NCBI GenBank assembly: GCA_020137815.1
Contig: CM035353.1
Span: 7,316,001 to 7,380,000, forward strand
DNA: 64,000 nucleotides
Direction: 5' to 3'
DNA from: Hormiphora californensis
Lineage: Eukaryota; Animalia; Ctenophora
The notes beneath the pieces are model-generated. The model was not told where the DNA came from and made no database searches. It saw nothing but the letters and a program-made list of their open reading frames with translations. Positions 11,617-25,792 of the stretch are shown piece by piece; positions within the stretch are counted from its first letter, which is position 1, and the number at the start of each line of letters is the position of its first letter. Made by a program: the position numbers and the translations under genes.

Positions 11617-14600
11617 TAAGTATGTTCTGCATCTTAAAACAGTTCTCAAACTCATTGCATACCAGCTTATGAAAGTATTTATTTTTCAGGAGTTTTCTAG
11701 GAATTTGAGAGTCACTACTGCCACCAACACGGAAGTGATACAACTCTGCAATTCCAGTGGAATGCAGACGAAACCCACTGTTCTTGTGTCTGCAGCAGGT
11801 TGAGTGGAGGAGCGGCGGCGTGGTGGAGGTAAGGGTGAAGAAGAAGGGGCTATTAAGGAGGTAAAGGCAGGTGTAAAGAAGGTAGGAAAAGGCACCAGCT
11901 GGCTAAAAAGCCACAAGCCTTTACAAAGGGCAAGAGCACGATAAGGGGTTCGTTGCAGTAGCTGTTTGCAACACTCGGAGTCCTTGGGATATCTATACGG
12001 AATCTGTAGTGGCTGTGAGTGGTTTAGCAGTCTTTGTGGCCAAATAAAGCCCCTATAAAACTATGAATAACACACAATGGGCTTGCGGTACACTATTTTA
12101 GTGGGATGGGCGCCCGGGGTAGTTAGTGTTTGCTGATCTGGGGAGACACACTATTATTCTGTAGATACGGACTCGACTGAGTTGCTTTTAGGGGAACTGA
12201 ACCTCCCTCCATGTGTAAATATATTAAGTGATAACAGAATTAATCTTAAGGTTGGATATATTATGGAATAAAGAAGTCGGAGTTCAGTACAAAACCGGTA
12301 AAGGGCTAAACAAGCCAAACAAGATAGACTGAAGTTCATTACAACCGTAAATTGCGGTATATAGCCATGGTTCATGGTTCATGGTAGATGTAATTAGTAG
12401 TTTGAGAGAAGGGCTCCCAGACGAACATCATACAGCTTGGTGCCATATTAATTGACAGAATATGAGACATCGATAGAATGAGATGATACTGATACGGGAT
12501 AGAAGGATTTAATACAGGTAGATTCCCATACTGAATGTAATGAGTGACAATGACAATTTGAAGAAGTGACAATGACAATTTGAAGAAGCTTCTTCTCTTA
12601 GAAGTGACAATGACAATTTGAAGAAGAATAAGAACGCACATGTTATCGGATGCGCGCGTGAATTGAAAACATCAACACATTTAGGTCGGCGCGTTACGTT
12701 CGGTAGAGGCAAAAAAGTGTGCGCTGAGATTTGCCATATTTTGATGCCGTGCAGGTTGGTAACGAAACTCGAAAGAAGTACCCCTAGCAGGGATGGAATG
12801 GTTGCGGGATGGAACCGCCCCTTTTGGGTGTAGCCATCCCTTGCAAAAAGTCCTATCAGTCAACCTTCTCCAGGTCCATCCAGGAAACGTTACCCCCAGC
12901 AAAGCAGCTCCTACAGGTCACTACCTAGCCACTCCTAGCTACTATCAAGGCGCTATTTGAGCACGTAAAGCGTTCCATCTACCTGTGTAATTTCTACTGG
13001 GGGGAATCTACTGACCCTAATATGCGCCCGATAATAACGGGTTTATCTAAATGGGGTTGGAAAGATAATGGGGAGTTTAATTGGACATCGAATGTATTCA
13101 ACCCTGATATACTGAAGCCCCTTTTCCGTTCATGCACTCCTAGCCACTCCATTGTTATGGTTTTGTGAGACGTTGATTTATTTATTTCATATTAGTGAGA
13201 TAGCTATATTTTCTTTGGAACGTGAAAGGTTCCTGGAAGTTTTGGATCAGCCGGTCTCCAGAGGAGGAGACGTGGCACCGACCATCCCCTACCGGACCAG
13301 CTGCACCACATCAACGAGGTAATGCAGCGCCTCACTGAACATCTGAGGGAGGTAGAAGGAAAGTTGAAGAGAGAGGTGAAGGTGAACCCTGAAAGCCTGA
13401 AGGGAAGATCCCGAGCTGGCTCCCAGCGGGAGCGCAGCGGAAGAGAAGATCGCCGAGACGGAGAGAGGAGGAGGGAGGACTCCGGAAAAGCCACCTACCG
13501 AAGATCCCAGCCGGATTCTGGCAGGAAGGCACCCGCAAGAAGAGAGGAGATCCGCGAAGGACAGGATAGGGCGAAGACCAGACCCCGAACCTCGTTCCTG
13601 CTCCCGCGACAGAGCTTCCAGCGGAAGTTCTCGGGGAAAGCAGAGGACAGCAGATGCACCCTCCTCCGGAACGCCCGTGACTCCCACCGTCATTCAAAGA
13701 CCCGAAGACGAGACCTGGCACCTGGGAGAACCAGAATACGGCATGGAGGAGCTGAGCACCCGAACAGACAGTTTCGAGGACAGCTATGATCCCCAACAGT
13801 GGATCCAGCGAGATCTGCGCAACAATTATTCTGCCATGATAAGCCAGGATCAACAGCATCAGGATAATTAAAAATATATAGTTCTAGTGTATGATCTGAT
13901 GTTTGTCAGCAAGCGAGAATTCTCAAGATAAATTGGTTAATTTGTTACAAGCATTTTGATTTTAAAACGATGAGAATGAATAATATTAAGCTAGTATTTC
14001 CATATCACCAGCTAGTATAGAGAGACCGCCTAAAGCATACTCTACGATGGCGATTTCTTACAGGAGCACAAGTGCGGAAGAGAAATCATTCTTTTATCAA
14101 TTATCTAACTATTTTATACACATTTACGTCTGCGTTTTATTTTCGTATCCCACTCCTGAGGACCCACTCCCCACAAACCACAGTGATATCCGTTTTATAT
14201 GTATAACTCATGTCCACCTCATTTCTTCATTCCATTACTTGTACTTGTGTCTCTTTCTAGGAAAGATCTACCACCCGAACTACAAAAAGGATCTACCTCC
14301 GAACTGAAATGGAAGGTCTTTGAGTGGACTGCTGGCCGGGACTCCTACAAGTTCTTCGTAATTAGATTTATCTAAATATATTCAACAGAAATAAAAATAC
14401 GTATTAGCCGTTTTCATACTGTACGACATTGAGCCAAAAGACTAAACGATTTGAAGAAGTATTTGCCCACCTACTAATGTCACCAGCCTCTCTAACCCCT
14501 AATATTACTTCTCTACATAGCTATGGATTCGAACAGCAATGATGTCCCACCGCCTCCCCCGGCCCCAGGGGTCACGGAGGAAGAGGAGTTGTTACGCGAG

Positions 14601-15572
14601 CCGACGACCAACCCGTTCGCTAGCACCGCCACCACGACGCAGAGGACGTTCTACCCCCGGGTCCTGACCAGTCGTTCTACCCTCCTCCACCACACGGTCC
14701 ATTTGTTGCGGAGGACTTGCGATAAAAAATAAATTCAATGGATAACATAAATAAATACACTCTTTTTCCCATCGATCAGATAATCCGGGAACATTTGCTG
14801 AGCTACCTGATATCAAGAGAGGGATTAAGGCGTCCAGCATTTATCTACCGGATTCCTATCGTTTGCCCGAATTAAGTTGCAAGATACTATGCCAGCAATG
14901 GACACTTGGAAGGTGAAATCAACCAACCGACCAATGATTTCATGCTGGAACCTTGAAAAACTCGTAAGTTTTCAAATTAGGATGAATTGTGAATCCTTAG
15001 TTATGAATCCTTAGTTATGAATATAATTGAATCCTTAAATTTGTCTATAGAAAATGAGACAATAATAATGGAAACATCACATGATATATATGATCAGGGA
15101 AACTTGCCCTTAGTACATTGTTCAACCCAACCTAAGTTCTCCGCAGGCACTTAGGTCGAACAGGACCCGGGTCTGGGTCTGCAGTCAGTTACTAACCAAA
15201 TCTATAGGTACAGGAAGAAAAGTGCACGGAGCTAAAATGGATGTAAAATGTGTATGAAGACATCAGAGCCGGAAAATCATCAACATTACCGTGGGCTGTG
15301 TTCCATTCCAGTGTCGATTGTGGCCCAGAGATTGCATCCGAGAGCCACATATTGCCTGTTTTGAGTAACTCCAGCATACAGTGTTGCATGGGATGAAAAT
15401 AGCCATGTATGTATAATTCTTCTACATAATTTTTAATCCAATTAGATTCTCACCACTCCTTTTCATTTACCAATCAAAAAATTTTTAAAAAAATCAAATA
15501 TTTCAAAAAAAATCAATGATTTTGGAAATCCAGGGTATGGTTTACAGTTCTTACGGCTGCACCCCCCCCCCC

Positions 15573-16913
15573 CACGGCGTGCCTGGTGAAATTTTAACAC
15601 GACCTAGCATGCAACGGGAAACCACCACTTGTACGTGGTAGCTGAGGGTCTACAGAATGGCGCTACGGTGCGGGATAAAAAAATCCATTCCCTAAAATCT
15701 TTTTTTTTACTTTTATTTGATTTGGGTCAAAATTGGCTATATAAAACGTGGTCCCGAAAAATCCATAATGACTTAGCACACGAAATATGTCACCCCTACC
15801 TATTTTTGCACGTAGAATCGATTGCCGTTGAAGTCCAATCTCTAAAATGACTGTAAAATGGTCAAAAGTTGATTTTTTGCCATTTTTTGGAGGTTTTTGG
15901 CCCCTAAACCATTGAAAACGTTGAGATAGGAATTTGAAACTAGTGCCAATCGTTAAAATGGTCATTTTTCTACCAAGAACCAAGTTTTCGTGTATATCCG
16001 ATTTATGGTTAGATTTGGGCAAATTGTTGAAATCTGCCAACTAGGAGAACCGTAACTTGATTTTCTTGTTTTTTGGATTTTGGCATTTTTGACAAACTTC
16101 TGATTGAAATGGTCAATCGGGACCATGCTTAAGTTGTTTATGGGACAATTTGCGACTAAAATCCAAGATTTCATACCAATCCAATAACAGATCGTTGATT
16201 TATAGAAAATTTAAGTAGGCAAAACGGTCAAAATGACAACTTTTCTTGCTTATTTTGACCGTTTTGCCCACTTAAATTTTCTATAAATCAACGATCTGTT
16301 ATTGGATTGGTATGAAATCTTGGATTTTAGTCGAAAATTGTCCCATAAACAACTTAAGCATGGTCCCGATTGACCATTTCAATCAGAAGTTTGTCAAAAA
16401 TGCCAAAATCCAAAAAACAAGAAAATCAAGTTACGGTTCTCCTAGTTGGCAGATTTCAACAATTTGCCCAAATCTAACCATAAATCGGATATACACGAAA
16501 ACTTGGTTCTTGGTAGAAAAATGACCATTTTAACGATTGGCACTAGTTTCAAATTCCTATCTCAACGTTTTCAATGGTTTAGGGGCCAAAAACCTCCAAA
16601 AAATGGCAAAAAATCAACTTTTGACCATTTTACAGTCATTTTAGAGATTGGACTTCAACGGCAATCGATTCTACGTGCAAAAATAGGTAGGGGTGACATA
16701 TTTCGTGTGCTAAGTCATTATGGATTTTTCGGGACCACGTTTTATATAGCCAATTTTGACCCAAATCAAATAAAAGTAAAAAAAAAGATTTTAGGGAATG
16801 GATTTTTTTATCCCGCACCGTAGCGCCATTCTGTAGACCCTCAGCTACCACGTACAAGTGGTGGTTTCCCGTTGCATGCTAGGTCGTGTTAAAATTTCAC
16901 CAGGCACGCCGTG
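15573..16913. mobile_element. Chapaev-like foldback MITE (near-perfect 1.34-kb palindrome)
   Basis: CACGG...CCGTG termini within a poly-C site (compatible with a CCCC TSD); ~660-bp arms nearly identical; mirror ORFs. Confidence 0.8.
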
Positions 16914-18554
16914 CCCCCCCCATATATACATAATTACATAAATATGTAATCCTGCACCGTTTCCCCTATAACAGTGAAGGGACGGCCCACATGAACCCGG
17001 GGCAAACCTGAATTTATGTAAGCGATTATCCAATCTGGTGGAAGAGCCGGAAAATACAATTTAAAGAGAAGGAATATTCGAAAAGTGTCATCTTCCTAGT
17101 TATTTCGGAGTAGCTTAGGGATCACAGATCACTAATGGGTTAAGTATATGATCTATCAACACAGTACAAGTGTTTAATTCTCGTTTAATTCTCGTTTATG
17201 ACAGCTAGCAAGCTGTTTTCTGCCAGAGTGATCCCCAACAACGGTGGGCAACCCCTAAACAGCGCCGAAATGCAGACCCCCACTATTGGAGGGAAGCAGG
17301 TTGAAGTGGAAAACCAGGAGGATGAGTCTAACCAGGAGGAGGACATAGAAGAAGAGGACATGGGCGACAATGATGACAAAGAGAACGAGGAGTTCTTCTC
17401 ACCCAAACGCCAAAGGATGGAGGACAAATCTAAGGGCTCGGAAGAGGAGGGGCTCACCAGAAGCGTATAATTTTAATAACCACTTTTTATTCTTTCTTTT
17501 TAAGTTTACATCAACAAATACATCCGAGTTTTAATTTGATTAAATCTACTCTAGAACAGAGTCTTCAGCGGCAACTGCCCCCATTCAACGAACCAAACCC
17601 CCGAGCACAAATCTCTCCCTTATGATTCCCCAACCATCCCCCTTGCCCCCTGAACCCTCAACTGCGACCCCCCACACCAAAAATAGGACCCTGCACGCGC
17701 AAATCCTAAGACGCACACTCCTTCCAATTGGAAACTTTGGAAAACACCACGTCTTGTTGATATCGAACTACTAGATTTCATACCTGTTAACCATAGTCAG
17801 TGGTCCGGCATCACTTACTGTTCTAAACATGTAAATTGTAACTGCTAGCATACCAGGCCATCTCCACGGGAATCCCAATCGATCAGTTGATCAGTGCTTC
17901 GACAGCTAAATATTAAGATCTGAAAAAGAAGTTTTAAATCTGTGTTTTTGTTAAACGGACTATATTGCATAAGAAATGATGATAAAATATTCATTCATGA
18001 TATTGCTACACTTACCTGTATGTTTAGAAGTTCGCCAGTGCCATTCGCAGGCTCCAACCAGTGAGAAAAAGTATCAATATATCTAACATAACATTTGTAG
18101 TTTGCTATGAATGCAGTTTATTATGTTAGCATTGTTGAAATCTGCAGGCACTATCGTCCACAAAGATAGGCATTAAATTTATCTTTTACATTTTCTTATT
18201 TTGGATTAATCTACCTCAGTTGTTCGAAGAAATTGATAAAAACTCAGCGAGATTGATAAAAACTCGGCAAAATTGCATTTTTGCTATCGATTGTAATACG
18301 AACATTCAGAGAGAGAGAGAGAGAGGGGGGGGGGGACGCACGATCTATTTGCTATATGATAGTAAAATTGTCTTTGTTCACAGGGGGGCCAATGACTCAC
18401 TTGTAAATTTTCACGTGACAGGAAAGCGGTCCAACTATAAATCACAAAGATTTTTTTCATTTCATTCAACGCATTCGATTCAACGCATTCGATTCAACGC
18501 ATTCAACTACGCTCTCTCGATCAATACAAACTACTTGTCGCCAGATCTATAATC

Positions 18555-21500
18555 ATGGCACCCTCTGTGTTTCTCCTGCTCCTGGTTTTTCAGGGGATTA
18601 TCCCTACTACGGATACAAAAACCTGGTGGACTATGGTCCAGATATTTACGGAACGGCCCATGAACGGCCCCCGACAGCCCCGTCCTTACTCTAACCCGGC
18701 ACCGTGTAAAGTCGTCGTGGTTAGACACTTTTTGAAGCTTTATTGTGAGACTCGGCGTGGGATATCCCTTGATGATATTCCAGAGAGGCTCCCGGAGACA
18801 TTTATAAAAAGGAAGGAAGATTGGCAAATAGGATTGGTATTCAAGTGTGCTACCTCTCCATACAACTACAAGTTCAGAGTGCCCCTCGATAGTTCCTCCT
18901 TTAATTTGATCCACCGATGTCAAAATGACCCGGGGTTATACCAAGCGTGTGGGTTGTCCCAAAACCCATTCAGCACGGAGGAAACCAAAAATGGAACTAA
19001 TCTATGCGGAGTGGACCTTTGTTTTTCCGACTTCTACACGGTGAGAGGTACCATAATGATGCATGAGTGTCCTTACAATGAGGAGATACATGGTCGAGGC
19101 ATGGCCACTTGCGACCTGGCATGCGCTTCCATTGATTGCACGGACGAGGCAGAGTGTAATGGTGTAAGGTATGGATTGTACTGTTTGACTGCAATTGGCC
19201 GATATAGCGTGAGGACATATATAAACCCATACGAGGTAGGCCCCTTGACATTGTTTCCTAAAAGTCTGTTCTCGCCAGTATATCACTCATATCAGAAAAC
19301 AACTCAATAACACAATATTTTTACTGGTGCGCTCGGGCAGAGGGGTAATTCCCAGTGTCCCGATCTCTGGAATATGAAGGAAAGATAAATGCAAAAATTC
19401 TGCAGCAAAACAAAATCCTTGCAGCAAAATGAAAAAATATTGGGGGACTGCAGCAGCAGCTGCTGCAGCAGCAGAAGATATTTCCCATACTTACACACAG
19501 AGATACAGTGTTAACAGTGTGTAACAGAGAGATAGAATATGTTGGGGCATGTTCCAGTTGTGCGTAATGCACCGACAACAGTCGAGTAAGGGGGAAGGGG
19601 AAAGAAAAGAGAGATTCATACTTTAACATAGCTCTCTTTTTTCCCCATAGCTTTACAAAGGGGTGAGATCGTTATAGTCACTGTTGCAGTAAAGTCCAAT
19701 TTTTTATTTAAGCGACAGGCCGCCGCGCACACATTTGGTTAATTGGTCATATCTCCGGTTCCTGATAAGATAAAGACTTGATCCTGGTTGCGTTGGAAAG
19801 ATAAAATTTTTATCTTTCCAATGGCACCAAAGAAAAGACGCTAGCTTATCAGGAACCGGAAATCGATTTCAAGCGCTGCATTTTGATGCGCGGCGGCCTG
19901 TCGCTTAAATAAAAAATTTGACTTTACCTGAGTGGAATTTTCTCGGAATTTTCCATCTCTGCAGTCGCTGCAGCAGGGAAGGGGAAGAAAAGAGAGATTC
20001 ATACTTTAACATAGCTCTCGTTTTTCCCCATAGCTTTACAAAGGGGTGAGATCGTTATAGTCACTGTTGCAGTCCCTGAGTGGAATATTCCAAGGAATTT
20101 CCACTGCTGCAGCAGCACTGCAGCAGGCACTGCAAAGATGGAATACTCCAAGGAATTTCCACTACTGCAGCAGCACTGCAGCAGGCACTGCAAAGATGGA
20201 ATATTCCAAGGAATTTCCACTACTGCAGCAGCACTGCAGCAGGCACTGCAAAGATGGAATATTCCAAGGAATATTCCAACCTTATAGGGACTGCAGTAGG
20301 GAAATATTCCAATGTTAGGGGTACTGGGACTGCCGGGGTATTTTAGGACGGTAAAATCCCTATCCATGACTGCAGCAAATAGTAAAATTCCTGCAGCAAA
20401 ACGAGCTCCCAAAATGAAAATTCCAGGCGTGAAAAAAAATCGGGACACCGGGGGGTAATTTCATCCTATTATTAATTTGACATTTTCAGATTTGTAGCAG
20501 TAAGAGAGGTCAGCGATGTGAGGATGGAAGGGATCATACTGACTGTTTCGTTTCACCCGGCACACCCGGATCATGCGTCAGGACTGAAAGGTGTGTAGCT
20601 ATTATACAACAGTACACTTACTACTGTTGTCTTGTCCAATGTTCAACCCTCTCTCACTCCGTAAATGTTAAGGAGGGTTGACACATAACTACTAAACCGT
20701 ATTATACACAGTTCCACAAGATATCACAGCGCTGGCAAGCGTCCCGGGGCCATTGTATGTGTTAAAAACGTTGTAGTATCGAAATCCGACCAATCAAATC
20801 CCCCGACCCCCAGCTCTGACAGCTCCATTTCAGCACATACAATGGCACGTCAATAACACGAACCATAAGAATACGAGAGGACCAGAGATGTATGGTGCCC
20901 CGACAGGAACGCAATGAAGAATACATTGAGACACTGTGTACCACGCCTCTCGGGCTGGAACAAACCAATTGTTCGGACCCCGCCCGTCTGGCTATAGTGG
21001 GATGCACCCTCGGAGGACACCCCACTAATGTTTCAGTCTTTGGGGTTTGTAAGAACTTTCCGCTCTGTGACGATGGTTATAATAATGTCTGCCCGTTTGT
21101 GGACACGTGGTGTACTATTCACAAAGGGCAGCTGTGTGATGGCACGTCAGATTGTTCCTCCGGCATGGATGAGAATAAATGCAGCTCCGTGACAAAGGAA
21201 TTCAAGTGTGAGAGACGCTTTCACACGAGCCACACAGACCGGAGACCTCTGGGCCTCCCAATCAACTGGGTAATGGATGGGCAGGTGGATTGTCTGGACG
21301 GGAGGGACGAGGAGGAGAGTATCTGGCAGACCTGCGGTACAGGCATCTATACACGGTTTACTGAGCTAACCACCAAGGACAATTGTGAGGAAGTGATGAA
21401 GTGTGAGGAGGAGGGGCAGTTCATCAGGATGGATGAGTTATGTGACCGGGTCAACACTTGCTCCTTTGAAGAAAGGCTCTGTGAGGCGGTTATTAGCACC

Positions 21501-23587
21501 AAGTTTAGTGTGAGTGTCGAGGTGGCAGTTCAGGATGGTGTCCTGTGGACCGAGCATTGTTTTCCTCGCCCAGTTCCCGATCTAGAGCATCAGCTGGGTA
21601 CATGCAACAAGGTCGAACACACTGCCGCACTGATGAAGAGTGTATTTGATGTCCACAAACCTGTCATGCTGGCCATCCCGAATAACCAAACCCGGGATTG
21701 CTCAAACTTCTACGGGGAACACTATGTTTACTCAGCGTGCAATGGTCGCTGTAAAACTGCTGAATGTCCCCTGGCAACAGTATCCAGGGAAACGTGCAAT
21801 AACCACGCAATGAAGAGGGTATTTGCTCTTGCTGTGAACACCCTCTCGCCGGAGCTTGTTCCTATGTTAATGGAGAACAACCCCTTTGGCAGGTACGAGA
21901 CCAGAATCTTTCCGTGTGGCAACAAGAATTGCATTCCCTATCGGGATGTATGCAACCTAAGGGATGACTGCGGTGACAATTCCGATGAGGCAAACTGTTT
22001 GAATCACTTTACGTGTAACTCCTTTTCCAGTGACAGTAATAATCAGGTGCGACTCCCCCTCTCCTCGGTGTGTGACGGCCACGTTGAGTGCTACGACTTC
22101 TCAGATGAATGCCAGCCACACTGTCCCGCGTCCAACATGAACATCTACCCAAACGACTTCCTCCGAAGTTTGAGTTACACAAATGGAGTGCTGGCAACTG
22201 TCCTCAACTTGGTCTCATTGGTCAGGACTTCCCTTGCTATGCGGAAACAACACAAATTTGAAACATTGAGCAATAAGGCAACTATTCTTCTGATTTGTGT
22301 GGGTGATCTGTGCTTTGGTGTATATCTCCTCGGGATATCTGTAGCGGACTACCTACACCGGGTTTCAGGGGACTATTGTCAGAAGAGGTTCATATGGCTA
22401 AGTATGAAGTACTGCTCCGCTCTGGGTGTGATAGGTACCTTTGGCGCACAGCTCTCTCTTTTTGCCATCACGAATTTAAGTCTTCTTCGGGTGACAAACA
22501 TGCAACGGATGGTGAAGCGGTCACTAAAATCCAAGAAAACAGTTGCCAAGATAGTATTCTTGATGGTTGCACCAGTACTTTCCAGCATGTTAGTGGCTCT
22601 AACACCCGTTATACCTCTTTTCGAAGACTTCTTTGTCAACGGTCTTTACTTTGACAAGTTACCACTGTTCGTTGGACCAATCGACAAGACCCGATTTTCC
22701 GCAGCATTCAAAGCCCGGTCTCCCGGGATGGCTCATACCAGATCAAAAAACTGGAAAGTAATTCGCTCAACAGTAAAGAAAATGTTTACCTCCGATCACA
22801 ATGGTAAGTTGATAGATTTCTGATCTTTCCCAGCATATTTCACACGAGGATCCTGGTAAATCGCGGTCCAATCAACTACTTCAATCGGCACTGTTAGAAA
22901 TGGCAGACCACTAAAATATTCCTAAAGTACTAATTCAATATTGTCTTTTCAGGCATCACGCAGGACACAATCGGTTTCTATGGTAACGACGGGACATGTA
23001 TCTTCAAGTACCTGGTAAGAAGAGATGACCCACAGTGGATATACTCAACCTCAATCGTCTTCATCAACTTTCTCTGTTTCATCTTCGTGGCCGCCAGTTA
23101 CGTGATCCTTGCAATACGAACAGGGAGATCTGCACGAGGAGCTGGGAACGCCCAGGCAGAGAAAAGGCAGCAGACACTCCAGCGCAAAGTGTCGGCTATC
23201 ATCGCAACCGACTTTCTCTGCTGGGTACCTCTCACGTTCATATCGTTCTTACATTTGGGAGAGGTGATCGAGGCTACGTCTTGGTATTCCTTCTTTTCAA
23301 TCCTCATTTTACCAATCAACTCCGTCATCAACCCCCTTTTCTACGACGACATTAATCTTCAAGTACTTAGGTACAAGAGACCAATGGGGACAGCGTATAA
23401 CTCGCTACATGCTGTTTTTATTAGCACACTGTCTTTCTTTCATAGGATTCCTAAGAAGGACGATCAAGCAAGATCCCGAAACAGTCCCTGGACCACAACA
23501 TGGAGACGATCTTCCACAGCCCGAAGACCTTCCACAGCAAGAGGCCGAGGAAGGACCAACTCCACATTCCACAGTCCAAGAGTCTGA
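18555..23587 (+). CDS. Class A GPCR with signal peptide, Cys-rich/LDL-receptor class A repeats and 7TM (GRL101/RXFP-like, no evident LRRs)
   Basis: Inferred exons 18555-19234, 20489-20590, 20834-22803, 22953-~23587 (GT-AG, phases compatible). LDLa repeats (CDGTSDCSSGMDE, CNLRDDCGDNSDE, CDGHVECYDFSDE); TM motifs LCVGDLCFGVYL, FYGNDGTCI, IIATDFLCWVP, ILPINSVINPLFY. The 3' end is uncertain. Confidence 0.88.
19351..20452. mobile_element. Non-autonomous TIR element in GPCR intron 1 with 8-bp TSD
   Basis: CCCAGTGTCCCGAT...ATCGGGACACCGGG flanked by GGGTAATT on both sides; internal CTGCAGCA-rich tandem units; nested ~240-bp palindrome at ~19689-19928. Confidence 0.75.
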
Positions 23588-24208
23588 ACAAGAGGAAGAG
23601 TCTGAACAAGCGGAAGAGTCTGAACAAGAGGAAGAGTCTGAACAAGAGGAAGAGTCTGAACAATAGGAAGAGTCTGAACAATAGGAAGAGTCTGAACAAG
23701 AGGAAGAGTCTGGACAAGAGGAAGAGTCTGGACAAGAGGAAGAGTCTGAATAAGAGGAAGAGTCTGAACAAGAGGAAGAGTCTGAACAAGAGGAAGAGTC
23801 TGAACAAGAGGAAGAGTCTGAACAATAGGAAGAGTCTGAACAATAGGAAGAGTCTGAACAAGAGGAAGAGTCTGAACAATAGGAAGAGTCTGAACAAGAG
23901 GAAGAGTCTGGACAAGAGGAAGAGTCTGAACAAGAGGAAGAGTCTGAACAAGAGGAAGAGTCTGGACAAGAGGAAGAGTCTGAACAAGGGGAAGAGTCTG
24001 AACAAGAGGAAGAGTCTGAACAAGAGGAAGAGTCTGAACAAGAGGAAGAGTCTGAACAAGAGGAAGAGTCTGAATAAGAGGAAGAGTCTGAACAAGAGGA
24101 AGAGTCTGGACAAGAGGAAGAGTCTGGACAAGAGGAAGAGTCTGAACAAGAGGAAGAGTCTGAACAAGAGGAAGAGTCTGAACAAGAGGAATTGAGTCTG
24201 AACAAGAC
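23579..24208 (+). repeat. 18-bp minisatellite (GAGTCTGAACAAGAGGAA)n, ~35 copies
   Basis: Direct reading; encodes ESEQEE (with internal stops) or KSLNKR depending on frame. Confidence 0.95.
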
Positions 24209-24305
24209 TAGATGACGAACCAATCTCGAAGATATCAATGAAGTATGTTACAAGCATGTCTAGACATTAATTATAGACACTGAAGGGAGAAAAAATCATC
24301 CTTAG

Positions 24306-25792
24306 CACGGTGTCCCTTAAGGAGGTGAAACCTCGACTAGATAAAGTTTTTTGGAGACCGGACCTAGGTTACGTATTTGTGACCGAGGAATCCGAAAAAC
24401 ATAAAATTAAAATCGAAAACGTAGCGGTTTTTGCGTAAAACGGCAAAAACTGTCATTTTTCAGCGATTTTCGACTTTTTACGCTTTCTAGAGATTTTAAA
24501 AATATTTCCTTACAAGATATGATCTTGTGCTTCTAGACTAATAAAATACAATCGATTTGCTACAAATTGGTCCCGGGTTTGTGTGATTTGGTCAAAAGCT
24601 CTCTTTACTGTGGCCCATCAAAGATGGCCACTCTGCAAATACGTTTTTGGCTCCTGTGGCCGCAGATGTAAACCAAAAGAAGATTTATTATACACCAAAA
24701 TTTGCGTCTTCTGAAGGCGAACAACCTGGTTTTTACGAAATTTGATTTCATGCAGGCGTTCAAAAATTACAGCCGAAAAACTGGTACAGTGGATTTCGGA
24801 AATACCCCTACTTCAACAAACCCTAATCCAGATAAGATTTCGAAAAATATACATCTTCATACATGAAAATGAAGCTCAGACAAATGCCAACGTGATGCAA
24901 AAAACGGGAAGTGTGTAAATTATTTCGTTTAGAAGCTATAGCGAAAATAAAAGTGCTTGTATTTGCCTTGAAAACACCCTCTAAAAACCATACTTTCAGA
25001 CAATTTCTGACAATTTCAAACAAATTCTGTCCACAGGGGACTAAGTTGGTGCACTGGAGGTTACATTTTATTTGTATTGCATTTTTAGACAGATTTGCTA
25101 TTTTTCAGGGCTTTTAGAGGATGTTTTCAAGGCAAATACAAGCACTTTTATTTTCGCTATAGCTTCTAAACGAAATAATTTACACACTTCCCGTTTTTTG
25201 CATCACGTTGGCATTTGTCTGAGCTTCATTTTCATGTATGAAGATGTATATTTTTCGAAATCTTATCTGGATTAGGGTTTGTTGAAGTAGGGGTATTTCC
25301 GAAATCCACTGTACCAGTTTTTCGGCTGTAATTTTTGAACGCCTGCATGAAATCAAATTTCGTAAAAACCAGGTTGTTCGCCTTCAGAAGACGCAAATTT
25401 TGGTGTATAATAAATCTTCTTTTGGTTTACATCTGCGGCCACAGGAGCCAAAAACGTATTTGCAGAGTGGCCATCTTTGATGGGCCACAGTAAAGAGAGC
25501 TTTTGACCAAATCACACAAACCCGGGACCAATTTGTAGCAAATCGATTGTATTTTATTAGTCTAGAAGCACAAGATCATATCTTGTAAGGAAATATTTTT
25601 AAAATCTCTAGAAAGCGTAAAAAGTCGAAAATCGCTGAAAAATGACAGTTTTTGCCGTTTTACGCAAAAACCGCTACGTTTTCGATTTTAATTTTATGTT
25701 TTTCGGATTCCTCGGTCAAAAATACGTAACCTAGGTCCGGTCTCCAAAAAACTTTATCTAGTCGAGGTTTCACCTCCTTAAGGGACACCGTG
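24306..25792. mobile_element. Chapaev-like foldback MITE
   Basis: TTAG|CACGGTGTCCC...GGGACACCGTG|TTAG: CACGG termini and 4-bp TSD; ~680-bp near-identical arms. Confidence 0.88.

Noticed and set aside
15629-16857. Pairs of identical ORFs on opposite strands (also 8636/9555, 24823/25072, 28782/28841, 51875/52684)
   Set aside because: Mirror products of palindromic MITEs with no protein motifs.
19999-20448. Repetitive ORFs in GPCR intron 1
   Set aside because: Derived from tandem units inside a TIR element.
23405-24257. Long minus-strand ORFs (SDSSSC)n and (LFLLFR)n
   Set aside because: Antisense frames of the 18-bp minisatellite.
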